Below are positions 12,166 to 23,830 of a stretch of 64,000 bases of DNA, piece by piece. The DNA comes from Malacoraja senta (taxonomy: Eukaryota), in NCBI GenBank assembly GCA_038087875.1, contig JAXLNO010000395.1, forward strand, positions 1 to 64,000. The letters run 5' to 3'. The notes beneath the pieces were generated by a model, which searched no databases, had not been told where the DNA came from, and saw only the letters and a list, made by a program, of their open reading frames with translations. The position numbers and the translations under genes are program-made. The number at the start of each line of letters is the position of its first letter. The stretch's first letter is position 1.

Positions 12166-12495
12166 GTGGCCATGGTGGTGCAGCGGTAGAGTTACTGCCT
12201 TACAGTGTTTGCAGCGCCGGAGACCCGAGTTCGATCCCGACTATGGGTGCTGTCTGTACGCAGTTTGTATGTTCTCCCCGTGACCCCGTGGGTTTTCTCC
12301 GAGATCTCCGGTTTCCTCCCATACTCCAAAGACATACAGGTACATATGTTAATTGGCTTGGTGTATGTGTAAATTGTCCCGTGTGCGTAGGATAGTGATA
12401 ATGTGCGGGGATTGCTGGTCGGTGCGGACTCGGTGGGCAGAAGCGCCTGTTTCCACGCTGTATCTCTAAACTAAACTAAACTAAACTAAATTAAA
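12166..12495 (+). mobile_element. tRNA-derived V-SINE (HE1-like), full length
   Basis: Box A GGTGGTGCAGCGGTAG, box B GAGTTCGATCC, V-domain (GTTTGTATGTTCTCCCCGTG..GGTTTCCTCCCA..CCAAAGAC), CR1-like tail CCTGTTTCCACGCTGTATCTCTAAA(CTAAA)n. Confidence 0.9.
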
Positions 12496-13714
12496 CTTCA
12501 TCAGTATACCACCCATATGAGGAAGATGAAGCTGGATTAGGATGTCTGTTAAAAGGATGAAACACTGAAGAAGGCTGCCAAAATTGAGTGGGTGAAAATT
12601 AAAGTATAAAAATAGAAATAAGCTGCCTCTGAAAGCAATTAATAATATATTAATCAGTGTGCTTTGCACTACTGAATAATATAAGCTCATTAATCCTATG
12701 TGTCCATTCTGTGCTTGGTTAGGTTATCATCATTACCCAGGCTCTCAGTAATAGCTCTTTAAATCGCCAGCTCCTAAACAGAGCTGCCAGTTCTCTAATA
12801 TTTCAATGACTTCTGCATTATAGAATAATAGTGGATTTTCCTCAAATGGTGAAAACAAAATCTCTAAGTGGTGCTGTGCATTAAAGGATAATAAAATTAT
12901 GTTTTCTTAATTGTGTGTTATATGATCTAATTGCCAGCTTTAGTGAGTTTGTTTCAGCAGAAATGATCAATTTGTTATTTGCTATGATTTTTGGCCTTAC
13001 TGCTTGTGATCAATGAACCACTTTATTAAAAATCAAATTTACAATTGGCTGTTGGTGCGTGGAAAAGCCAATAATTTTTCACTCTATTCCAATAATAAGT
13101 ATTAGAGGATATAAAATGGAGACATTAAATTCATACAGTAAAATTAACAGTTGTTTTATTTATATTCGGTGCCTAAAGTCAGCGAGTGCTATTACTATTA
13201 CTTGAACAGAACAGTCTTTTTGTTCTGATTGTTAAGATTCTGGGTATCACTAGTTAGGCTAGCATTTAATACCCAACCCCAGTTTTTTGAGAAGATTGTA
13301 GTGAGCCCCCTTCTCAAACTACTGAAGGTTCTTCTAGTGCAGGTATTCCCATACCACTATTGGGTTGAGAGCTCCAGGATTTAGACCGACTGATGATGAA
13401 CAGCTGCAACATATTCCATATCAGGATTGTGTGCGACTGAGAGGGGGAAACCTGCACATATGGGTGTTCCAATATGGGTGTTCCTTGTAGTAGAGGTCGC
13501 TGACATGTGAGGTTCTGGTGGAGCAGCAAGGCTAAGTAACTTCATTGCAATTTGTGGACAGTACACTGTTCATGGAAGGAAGGAATATTTAGAGTGGTTG
13601 GTGGGTGAATCAAGTGAGCTGCTTTGGTGCTTTGTGCAATGGTCTGAAGCCTCATGAGAATTATTGGTGCAGAACTCCTCTAGGCAAGTGGAGAGCATTT
13701 TGATCATGTTATTG

Positions 13715-13998
13715 AGTCAGTCATAAAGTACTTTTGGCCTAACATATCTACACTAGTCCCACCTGCCTGCATTTGGGCCATATCCCTCTAAACCTGTCCT
13801 ATCCATGTACCTGTCTCAATGTTTCTTAAACAATGCGATAGTACCTGCCTCAACTACATTTTCCGGCAGATTGTTCTTTACACCTACCACCCTTTGCCTG
13901 AAAAAGTTACCCCTCAGGTTCCTATTACATCTCCCCCCCCTCCCCATCATCTTAAACTTATGCCCTCTGGTTCTCGATTCTCCTACTCTAGGTAAGAG
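13715..13998 (-). mobile_element. CR1 3' fragment
   Basis: CCCACCTGCCTGCATTTGGGCCATATCCCTCTAAACCTGTCCTATCC..CCTCTGGTTCTCGATTC is the antisense CR1 tail. Confidence 0.85.
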
Positions 13999-14280
13999 TA
14001 AGATGTTCCTGAACTGTTCCTTGAAAATGGGATGTTAGATGTTGAGTTACTTATTCAGAATAATTAGTGTCTAACCTGTTCTCGTAGCTATGGTTTTCAT
14101 ATGGATTGCCCAGTTGAGTTTCTAGTCAATGGAGATGTCAGGTTCTGGATGACGGGGGGATTTTGAGTTGGAAATGCCTATGGATATCAAGTGAGCTCCC
14201 TGCAACAATGGACTATGGCTGGGATGATAACATCCAACAACCAAAACCATTTTTAATTGTGTGAAATATAACTTCAGCAA

Positions 14281-16300
14281 AGGGCGGCACAGTGGCACAA
14301 TGGTAGAATTGCTGCCTTACAGACCAGAGACCTGGGTTTGATCCAGACTATAGGTGCTGTCTGTGCGAAGATTTGTACGTTCTCCCTGTGACCACAAGGG
14401 TGTTCTCCGAGTGCTCTGGTTTCCTCCAACCCCCTTTCATGTTCGTTTTCTAGGTCTGCACAAAACTTGAGAGTTTTCAATTTACAACATAAGTCTTTAA
14501 TGCTTTACTCAATGCTGGCAGCAAGACAACTCAAAATGGCTGCACACACACACACACAGACAGGAGAGAACTATATACAAAACATCTCCCTTTGTCCTGT
14601 GCAGTGCCACCTGCTGCATGGGAGGAGCAATGGGTCCTCCCACCGCACACAGCTCACCAAACATCACATTCCCCCTTTCCAGTTTGAACGTCTCCATTTA
14701 GCTGGACCTCGCTTCACTCTTTTTTCAGCCTTTTTTGCGTTTCTCAACTCTTGCTAAAGGCTCAGAATCAACAGAGTTTTCCTCAGTGTTCTCTTTTGAA
14801 GAGATATCAATATTTGCTTTATCTGTATGCTGTTCTTTCTCCATTTGGCTGTAGTTTTTCTTGGTGGTCGTCAGCGTTTTGGATGCGAACGCAATTGGTT
14901 CTTCCTTGCCGTTTGGCGCCATTTGTGAGATTACAGCTCCATGACCATATGGTGATGCATCACCGGCCAGCGAGATCGCTTTGATGGGTCATAGTGGACC
15001 AAACGCATCTTCTGTGCGAGCATCTCCTTCAACCTGGTGAATGCATGGTCACACTCTTTGGACCAGTGCCATTCGACATCCTGTTTTTGCAGGTTGTTCA
15101 CGCACTTGCTGACCATGTTGCAATCTGTGGTAGATGACAATGCCATAGTGATCCATCATAGATCAAGGCATTCATGTCAAGCTTGAAAGCATGGATCCAG
15201 TCGATGGTGCACAGGGATGTACCTTCTTTGCCAACGACGATCAGCGGCAACATCTGTGTCAGACCATTACAGGAAACGGCGACAGTGCATTTGCCTTTCG
15301 TGGGAATGGGCTGTCGTCCATGTCCAAAAAGGCGGATGTTGGCCGGTTTCAGTTTCAGCGATCCGGTCCTCTACCAGATGTCCTGACCCACAAGCGACAC
15401 AGCTGCACCAGTGTCTAACTGGAACTGTAGATCGATGTTCGAGACCCGCAGCGATATCCTCATCTTGTTGGTGATCGTAGACACACCGAGCACTTCAATA
15501 GGAATGGTCTCCGCGATTTGGTCGACTGTGTTTTGCGTTTTCTTGCCCTTTCTCAGCTTCCCTACGGATTGACACACTGCCTGGAGATGACCTGTTCGTC
15601 ACAGGCATAACAAACGGACTTGATGTACGGGCACTCACGGTGATGACAAGCAGTCGAGCCACACTGGTAGCAGGGTTTAGATCCTCCCCCCACAGGGGAA
15701 TGGCTCTTCTGAGACTGTCCCACCTTCTCCGGATTTGCTCTGGGTTGATCAACTGGTTTCTGGCATTGCGGACGATTCTGACGAACTGTATGCACCTCCT
15801 GAGGGAGCTTCGACGCTGTTTCGCCGGCCATTTTGTGCAGTTCTTTAGTCAGCAGCTCGGCCATCTTAGCACACCGCAGCACATTCTTCAATGAGGCGTC
15901 CGATTCCTTGAAAATCGCCTGCTGGATGAATGCGTGCCTGCAGCCCATGACCAGTCTATCCTAGCAATGCATTGTCTTGGCACTTTTCGCAGCATTGAGT
16001 TTTAAAATCACACTCACACACTGTCTACAGACAGGATAGAACTATGTACAAAACATCTCCCTTTGTCCTGTGCAGCGCTGCACGGGAGGAGCAATGGGTC
16101 CTCACACTCCACACAGTCCACCAAACATCACAAACTCCAAGGATGTACAGGTTTGTAGGTTAATTTGCTTCTGTAAAAAATTGTAAATTATCCCTCATAT
16201 GTAGAATTGTGCTAGTCTATGGAGTGATCACTATTTGGTGCAAACTCAGTGGGCCGTAGGGCCTGTTTCCACGCTGCATCTCTAAAGTCTAAAGTCTAAA
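14281..16300 (+). mobile_element. V-SINE split by a Gypsy insertion (halves 14281-14430 and 16133-16300)
   Basis: The 5' half ends GGTTTCCTCCAAC; the 3' half resumes ACTCCAAGGATGTACAGG and ends with a (TCTAAAG)n tail. Confidence 0.85.
14440..16132 (-). mobile_element. Internally deleted Gypsy (Mag-like) LTR retrotransposon
   Basis: Two LTR copies both start TGTGATGTTTGG on the minus strand (right boundaries 14668 and 16132). PPT AAGGGGGAA precedes the 3' LTR. Gag knuckles CYQCGSTACHHRECPYIKSVCYAC, protease LDTGAAVSLV and RNase H PIAFASKTLTTTKKNYSQMEKE are present; RT core and integrase are missing. Confidence 0.9.
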
Positions 16301-17289
16301 GTGATTTCTCCTTGATGCCAATATACTTCAGTTTTACCAGGATTCCTTGATGCCAGACCTGGTCACCTTGATGTGAAGGGCAGTCACTCTCAACTCTCAA
16401 CTGGAACTTGGTTTTGTTTCTCCTGATTTTGGCCAAGGTTTTGACAAATCCTTGTGCCACATGGTGCTGACAAATAGAGTGTCCAGAGTCCATTCTGTGA
16501 TGTTGCTGCTTTCAACTTTCAGCTCTTCTTGCCAGTGTTGTTCAGCATGGAGAAGGATCGATTCATCAGCAGAGTGAATACTATCAATGGTTTCCTTGCC
16601 CTTGTTTGACCTGATACTATGAGCTTTGGGGTCTTCAGCAAATGTCAAGGACACCAGGAGCTACTTTCAACCTTTTAGTGGGACAAGATATACCCAGAGA
16701 CTGTGACTGAGTGGTCTGACACAGTGCATGGCACTCTCCCATTGTAGACATCAGTGTGTAAATATTTGCACGGGGGCCTTTGTAAGGTTCACTTTGCCCT
16801 CATCTGCATATAGTGTCTAGGTCGATGCCATGTGACATTCCCTGTTTTATTGTTTTATGATTTGAATGTAACCATACCTTCTGAACCTTCTGAATGTTGT
16901 AGTCGGCAGGGCAGTACTCTGCATATAGCCAACTTGGACAATTTTTACATTTTTATCAAGCCAATTAATCAAGCCAATTAACCTACAAACCTGTACATCA
17001 TAATTGTACAATCGAGTAACTTACTAAGTCTTATCATTGTCAATGACACAGGCTGGTGGCCCAGGATCACATATAGGTCAGATACGGTAAAATGGCAAGT
17101 TCTTCCCTTGAAAGGAAGTAGCAAACCAGATGAGTTTTTATGACAAAATATACAGTCAACAATAACTACTTAGTAAATATTATCACTGCATTTGGTGGTA
17201 AATGTTACTAAAACTAGTTACTGTTGCTCCAGCTTCCTGAATTTGAACTGATTATTTTTTTGTTGGGAAATTCTGTCTGACTAATTTAA

Positions 17290-18960
17290 TTCAGCTTTTT
17301 GGGGGGATGTAATTAGATATGGTTTAAGCAGTGGCTCACATAGACTTCAGTAAGGATGTAGAAGCAGGGAACTGCAGTTGCTGGTTTACACAAAAGGGAA
17401 CAAAGTACTGAAGGAACTCAATGGGTCAATCAGCATCTTTGGAGAACAAGGATAGATGACATTTCCGGTTGGGACTAATTTGAGGGGGAGGGGGAAGAAA
17501 ACTGGGAGAGAGGAGAGTCCGGATAAGGCAGGAACTTAGCAGGACTTTGTTAAAGTCCCATGTAGAAGGCTAGTCCACTGTTTAGAATCCAGGTGATCCT
17601 AGGTAAGTTGTCAAATAGGATCCAGAATTGTCTTGGTAATAGGAGGTAGGGGATGCTGGTGGTGGGTTGCTTTTGTGATTGGAGTGGTGTACCATAAGGA
17701 TCCGTGCTGGTACCCTTGCCATTTTTTTAGTTACATAATACCCTGGAAGAGAATGCAGGAGGTATAATTGCTAAATTTGCAATTGCCATGGAAACTGGTG
17801 GTATTTTTTGATTATGTGGAGGATAATCTTATGCTAAGAATGGTCAGCTGTTAAATTGAGCAGGACTATGGCAGAACGAATTTGATCTTGATAAATGTGA
17901 GGGGTACATTTTAATGGATCTCATAAGGGTAGAACATGTTCCAGCAATGATAGGGCCCTAGGAGCTATTGAGGAACAATAGGACATCAATGTTCAAATCC
18001 AAAGATCCCTGAAGAGAGCAGCACAGGGAGATGTAGTTGGGAAAAGACATGATATGCCGGCTTTCATTAGTCAGGCTTAGAGTATGTGTAGGGAGGCTAT
18101 GGTACAAATTTATAAAACTGGATATGCTGGAATATTGCCTGCTGGTCTGCTTGCCACATGATAGGAAGGTAATGATTGAACTGAAGAGGGTGGAGAGGAG
18201 ATTTACCATTACATCTTTCCTATCCATATACCTGTCCAAATATATGTTAAACTTTGTGATTGTACCAACCTCTATCAAATCCTTTGCCAGCTTGTTCCAA
18301 ATACCTATCATTGACATTTTTTTTAAACTTGCCCCTCAGGCCTCCTTTACATCTTTCCCCTGTCACCTTCCTTTCCCCTGTCTATTCCCTCTACTTTTAG
18401 ATTCCCCTAGGCTTGGAAAATTATTGTGCCCTCATTATTTTATAAATCTATCTCTGGTCATCCCTCAGCCTTGTTCACTCCAGGGATACCAGTCCCAGCC
18501 TATTCAGTCGCTTCTAATTACTTGTACCTGCTTGTCCCAAGAACATTCTATTGAAGATAGACACAAAATGTTGGAGTAACTTAGCGGGACAGGAAGCATC
18601 TCTGGAGAGAAGGAATGGGTGACATTTTGGGTCGAGACCCTTCTTCAGACTGTTATTAGGGGGGAAGGAGATACATAGATAAGGAAGTGTGAAGGTGTGA
18701 AAACAGGGCAAAGGGAATGTTCAGCAACATCTTATTGAATATTTTCTGCACCCTGTCTAGCTTAATCACATCCTTTACATGGTGTCCACAACTGTGCACA
18801 ATACACCAAGTGCAATCTCACCATTGCCTTGTGCATCCCAATTTATGTACTCAATGCCCCAACCGATGAAGGTCCTATGCCTTCTTCGCCAGCCTATCTA
18901 ACTGTGTTGCCACTTCCAGGTAAATATGTACATGTATGTACTTGTACCCCAAGGTCTATC
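17290..18960. mobile_element. Degraded CR1 fragments in both orientations with Penelope-tail insertions (17360-17530, 18555-18720)
   Basis: LEYCLLVCLPHDRKVMIELKRVERRFT on plus and IWNKL..YLDRYMDRK on minus. A pLTR motif GGGTCGAGACCCTTCTTCAGAC lies at about 18630. Confidence 0.75.
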
Positions 18961-20220
18961 TGTTGAAACAAAGAATTGCAGATGCTGACTAATACACAAA
19001 TGGACACAAAGTGCTGGAGTCAATCATCGGTGCTCAGGCAACATCCCTGGGGAACATGGATAGGATTCATGAAGAATGGTCACAATCCAAAATGTCACCT
19101 TTCCATGTTTTCCAGTGATGCTGCCTGATCTGCTGAGTTACTCCAGCACTGAGTGGAGCACTTCTAGGTCCACCTGTTCTACAACTTCCACTCACCATGA
19201 ATGTCCTGCCCTGGTATAACTTCCCAAAGTGCATCACTTCATACCTGTCTAAGTTGTTGATTATGAACATTGTTTTTCTTGGAGATGGCTCTTACTGAAA
19301 GAATGAATTGGCACAGTGTCAAGCCATCTGACTATTTCCTTTGTTGGCACCAAGGCTGCACAGATGTGTCTTTAGAATTCCAAGGACATCCAATTGCTGA
19401 TAGATGAGTTTATTTGTTAACAGGAACTGTTTGATTTCTTCTACTGTGGTGGACAGGGAACGGAGAGAATCTATATTCATATGGTGAGCTCCAGTTATCC
19501 AAGCAAAACAATTAATTCACTGAGGTAGCACCCAATTACGTTAAGAATGAATTGGTGAGGGGTGAATTTCACCTTCAGTGTTAATGTGACAATTGATGGA
19601 GCTGATTGTTCACACTTTGTAGTGGCTGTCTGATCTTACTTCCATTTACAATATATTCACAGCCATCCGACGTCCATGGAGAATGAAGGCATGATTGCAT
19701 AAATATGCTGTTGCCTGAGAATTGCTCAAAAGAATACTGTTCATCCCATACAAGCTTTTATGCATAAACGTTTAAATAAATTGTCAATATATTTCATCTC
19801 TTACCATTTTAAATAACAATTTTTACAGTGTAAGTTCATACTTTAAGGCTAAACAGCAGTAATGTAAAGTACAATAATAACTCAAATGAATGAATGTACT
19901 TCTCATCACCTGCAGAGCAAAATCTTTAGAGGATGTTGCTGCTAATTAGTCTGCAACTCCACGGCCCTTATTTATGAACGTAAATAAACTGAATGTATTT
20001 CCATACTTATTTTTGTATAACACTTGATATAAAATTTACTGCTTGTGTTTATTTTCATTAAAAAAAAACAATTTAATGTAAGCGTTGAACACAAAGTACA
20101 GGAATAACTCAGTGGTTCAGGCACCATCTCTGGAAAACATGAATACGGGCGAGGGGACTGCACTCACCTCACCTGTATCCACCTATCTATTGCCAGGCTC
20201 TGTGTATCTATGTATATATG

Positions 20221-20558
20221 TAGAAGGTTTTTAAATATATTCATATTTTCTTTCTCATCACATAGTCACTTTTCCAAATATCCATAACTATTCATCTTAT
20301 CTCTTTCTCAAGTCACACTACATAGCCTTAAATTTATGTTCAGCTCACCAGATGTCGATCACATAACCTTTTTTGCTCCGTGCTTCTTTATGTTCATGGT
20401 CCCAGCATTTCTCCCTGTCTCTCTCTCGCTCTCTAGCAGCATCCTCCCAGAGCCTGCCAGAATACTTGACATCATGCCTTAGGCTACAGGATGTAGATAT
20501 GTAGAGGTGCTGTTTAAATTGCCATTATTGTCACCATAGACATCTTGGGCTGAAGGAT
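20221..20558 (+). repeat. Second copy of 11605-11952, fused to the 5' end of a CR1
   Basis: Direct alignment; it is followed immediately by CR1 sequence GGGTACTCAAGGAAGTGGC. Confidence 0.95.
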
Positions 20559-22075
20559 TCGGGTACTCAAGGAAGTGGCTCTAGAAATCGTGGACGCTTT
20601 GGTGATCATTTTCCAATGTTCTATGGATTCTGGATCAGTTCCTGGGGATTGGAGGGTAGCTAATGTTATCCCACTTTTCAAGAAAGGAGGGAGAGAGAAA
20701 GCAGGGAATTATAGACCAGTTAGCCTGACATCGGTGGTGGGGAAGATGCTGGAGTCGATTATCAAAGATGTAATAGCGGCGCATTTGGGTAGCAGTAACA
20801 GGATCGGTCCAAGTCAGCATGGATTTATGAAGGGGGAATCATGCTTGCCAAATCTTCTGGAATTTTTTGAGGATGCAACAAGTAAAATGGACAAGGGAGA
20901 GCCAATGGATGTACTGTACGGACTTTCAGAAAGCCTTTGATAAGGTCCCACACAGGAGATTAGTGGGCAAAATTAGAGCACATGGCAATCCATTATTGCC
21001 ATGGATAGAAAATTGGTTGGCAGACAGGAAGCAAAGAGTAAGGATTACAGGGTCCCTTTCAGAATGGCAAGCAGTGACTAGTGGGGTGCCGCAAGGCTCG
21101 GTGCTGGGGACCGCAATATATTAATGATTTAGATGAAGGAATTAAAAGTAACATTAGCAAATTTGCAGATGATGCAAAGCTGGGTGGCAGTGTGAACTGT
21201 GAAGAGGATGCTATGAGGATGCAGAGTGACTAGGACAGGTTCGGTGAGTGGGCAGATGCATGGCGGATGCTGTATAACGTGGATAAATGTGAGGTTATCC
21301 ACTTTGGAGGCAAGAACGGGAAGGCAGATTATTATCTGAATGGTGTCAGGTTAGTAAAAGGGGAAGTACAACGAGACTTGGGTGTCCGAGTACATCAGTG
21401 ACTGAAAGTAAGCATACAGGTACAACAGGCAGTGAAGAAGCTAATGGCATGTTGGCCTTCATAGAGAGAGGAGTTGAGTATAGGAGCAAAGAGGTCCTTC
21501 TGCAGTTGTATTGTGGTGAGACAACACATGGAGTATTGTGTGCAGTTTTGGTCTCCTAATTTGAGGAAGAACATTCTTGCTATTGAGGGAGTGCAGCGTA
21601 GGTTAATTCCCAGGATGGCGGGACTGTCATATGATGAAAGAATGGAGCGACTGGGCTTATATTCACTGGAATTTGGAAGGATGAGAGGGAATCTTATAGA
21701 AACATATAAAAATTTTAAGGGATTGTACATGCTAGATGCAGGAAACATGTTCCCGATGTTGGGGGAGTCCAGAACCAGGGGCCACAGTTTAAGAATAAGG
21801 GATAGGCCATTTAGAGCTTAGATGAGGAAAAACATTTTCTCACAGAGAGTTGTGAATTTGTGGAATTCTCTGTCTCAAAAGGCAGTGGATGCATTCAAAA
21901 GAGAGTTAGATAGAGCTCTTAGGGCTAGCAGAATCAAGGGGTATGGGGAGAAGGCAGGAACGGGGTACTTATTGTGGATGATCAGCCATGATCACATTGA
22001 ATGGCGGTTCTGGCTCAATGGGCTGCATGGCCTACTCCTGCACCTATTGCCTACATATCAATGTATCTATGTATC
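20559..22075 (+). mobile_element. 5'-truncated CR1 LINE (RT region to 3' tail), frameshifted
   Basis: WRVANVIPLFKKGGREKAGNYRPVSLTSVVGK, DFQKAFDKVPH, VTSGVPQGSVLG, KFADD, EYCVQFWSP, ESRTRGHSLRI motifs. Confidence 0.95.
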
Positions 22076-22469
22076 GATATCCTGCCCCCACCACTTTTCC
22101 AACTCCCTCCTCACCCACTACAATCAGTCTGAAGAAGGTTCCCAATCCTAAATATTGCCCATCTATGTCCTCTAGAGATGCTTTCTGACTCACTGAGTTA
22201 CTGTAGAACTTTTTGTTCTACACAAGATTCCAGCATCTTCAGTTCCTTGTATCTAGAATATAATGTAGGCTATGCATGGAGTTTTGCATGTTGTCTACAA
22301 ATTTACTGAAGTTTAAATATTAAAAGGGTTCTGCAATTTGGTTACTGTATTCCAGATATTCAAATGGTATTTCCTCAAATTCTTTAAAATCTTCATGATT
22401 AATTTTCTTTACCATCCTTCTTGAATTAATCCTTTATATCCAAAGTCTGAAGAAGGGTCCTGACCTAAA

Positions 22470-22768
22470 GTATAGTCATAGGGTCATACACCTTAGAAAT
22501 AGGCCCTTTGGCTCAACTTACCTACACTGACCAGCATGTCCCATCTACACTAGTCCCATCTGCCTGCATTTGGCCCATATCCCTCCAAATCTATCCTATC
22601 CATGTATCTGTCTAAACGTTTCCTAAATGTTGCTGTAGTGCCTACCTCAATTACCTTCTGTGGCAGCTCATTCCATACATCCTCCAACCTTTGTGTAAAG
22701 ACATTACCCTTCAGCTTCCTATTATATCTTTCCTCCCTCAACTTAAACCTATGTCCTCTGGTTCTCGA
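22470..22768 (-). mobile_element. CR1 3' end, host of DIRS element 1 (continues at 27137-27590)
   Basis: SRTRGHRFKLR..FTQRLEDVWNELP on minus; the continuation has DYCVQLWAPC..RRFTRMLPG. Confidence 0.9.
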
Positions 22769-22976
22769 TTTTACTTCGGTCACGTGAGTGACTACGTGAA
22801 GCCCGCCAGCCCGCATGCGCGTCATATACGTCTAACGCATGGCGCACGACTGGCTGGGAGGCGCGTTGCTCCTCCAGCAGTAAGTTTAAAAGGCCCTACA
22901 GGTAAGTTTTGCACTTATTCTGAGGTCATTTTTTGTTCAGTAATCTTGATTACAGTACGGCGAGTTCCCAATTATC

Positions 22977-23828
22977 ATGGAAAAGTCCAGGGCGAAGTCC
23001 ATACGGGCCGCGGGAAAACCGGCTATGGAGGACCGCGGGAGTGCGGGTAGCCGGCGGCCGTCGATTTCGCCACCCGAGTCGCTGACAGTGCGGTCAGCGG
23101 CTTCTGACTTAGTGCCTGTCGAAAGCACTGTGGTTCCTCAGAAAGGGGATAAAGCCAAGAGAAAGTCGGATAGGCCTGTAAACTCGGACGAGTCAGGCCA
23201 GGAGGGCTCGCCTCCTACAATGGGTAGCGTCTTCGGACGTTTATCCCGGATGGAGCACCTGATGGAAAGGATGCTCCATCATGATATTCTCCGGGGAACG
23301 GAGGTATATCAGCGCGGGTCTCCTCGGGGGCCCGCGGCAGCGCCTGATTCAGGGCTGCACAATGTCTCCCTCTCTTAGGAGGGGAGCGTACGGAGTCAGT
23401 ACTGGCCTGACTCCAAATTCGGTGGTATGGCTGGGGAACATACCAGTATACACGAGGTGCACGAAGCACAGGATTTGCCTGCCATAGCGGCCAAATTTGC
23501 GATACCCTCGCAAACAGGGGAACCGTTACAAGAGGAACTTGCTGCAAGCATTAACTACCTCACTTCCCACCAGCTGCAGGAGCAGGTAATGATAGATACA
23601 TCTGCCAAATACCACACGCCTGGAAACTGTGCTTCGCTAAATGTACCAACTGTGAACAACTCGATTTGGGGATATATTGGTGTGGGCATCAAAGCCCAGG
23701 AAGTAAAGCTTCAGAGAATCCTCAAATTGCTGGCCTCAGGCATCACGCCGTTTGCCAGGTCCGTGGATGGGGGTCCATTGTCTGATGTGCAGCAGGATGC
23801 CCTGGCAAAACCACACAACCACCGGTAA
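22977..23828 (+). pseudogene. DIRS ORF1 (gag-like), disrupted
   Basis: ORFs 22977-23378 and 23427-23828 (KYHTPGNCASLNVPTVNNSIW..KLQRI) occupy the gag position; a stop and a 3' deletion relative to element 2 are present. Confidence 0.75.
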
Positions 23829-23830
23829 CC

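Larger units (their letters stand above)
13240..16930 (-). mobile_element. Old, fragmented CR1-clade LINE interrupted by younger elements
   Basis: Minus ORF 16296-16493 DQVWHQGILVKLKYIGIKEKSL resembles the RT 'FDRVWHQG..KL..GI' motif. Related degraded pieces lie at 13240-13710, 14000-14200 and 16300-16930; boundaries are approximate. Confidence 0.55.

Noticed and set aside
12166..12245. tRNA gene
   Set aside because: Box A/B belong to the tRNA-derived head of a V-SINE; there is no complete cloverleaf and it is followed by the SINE body.
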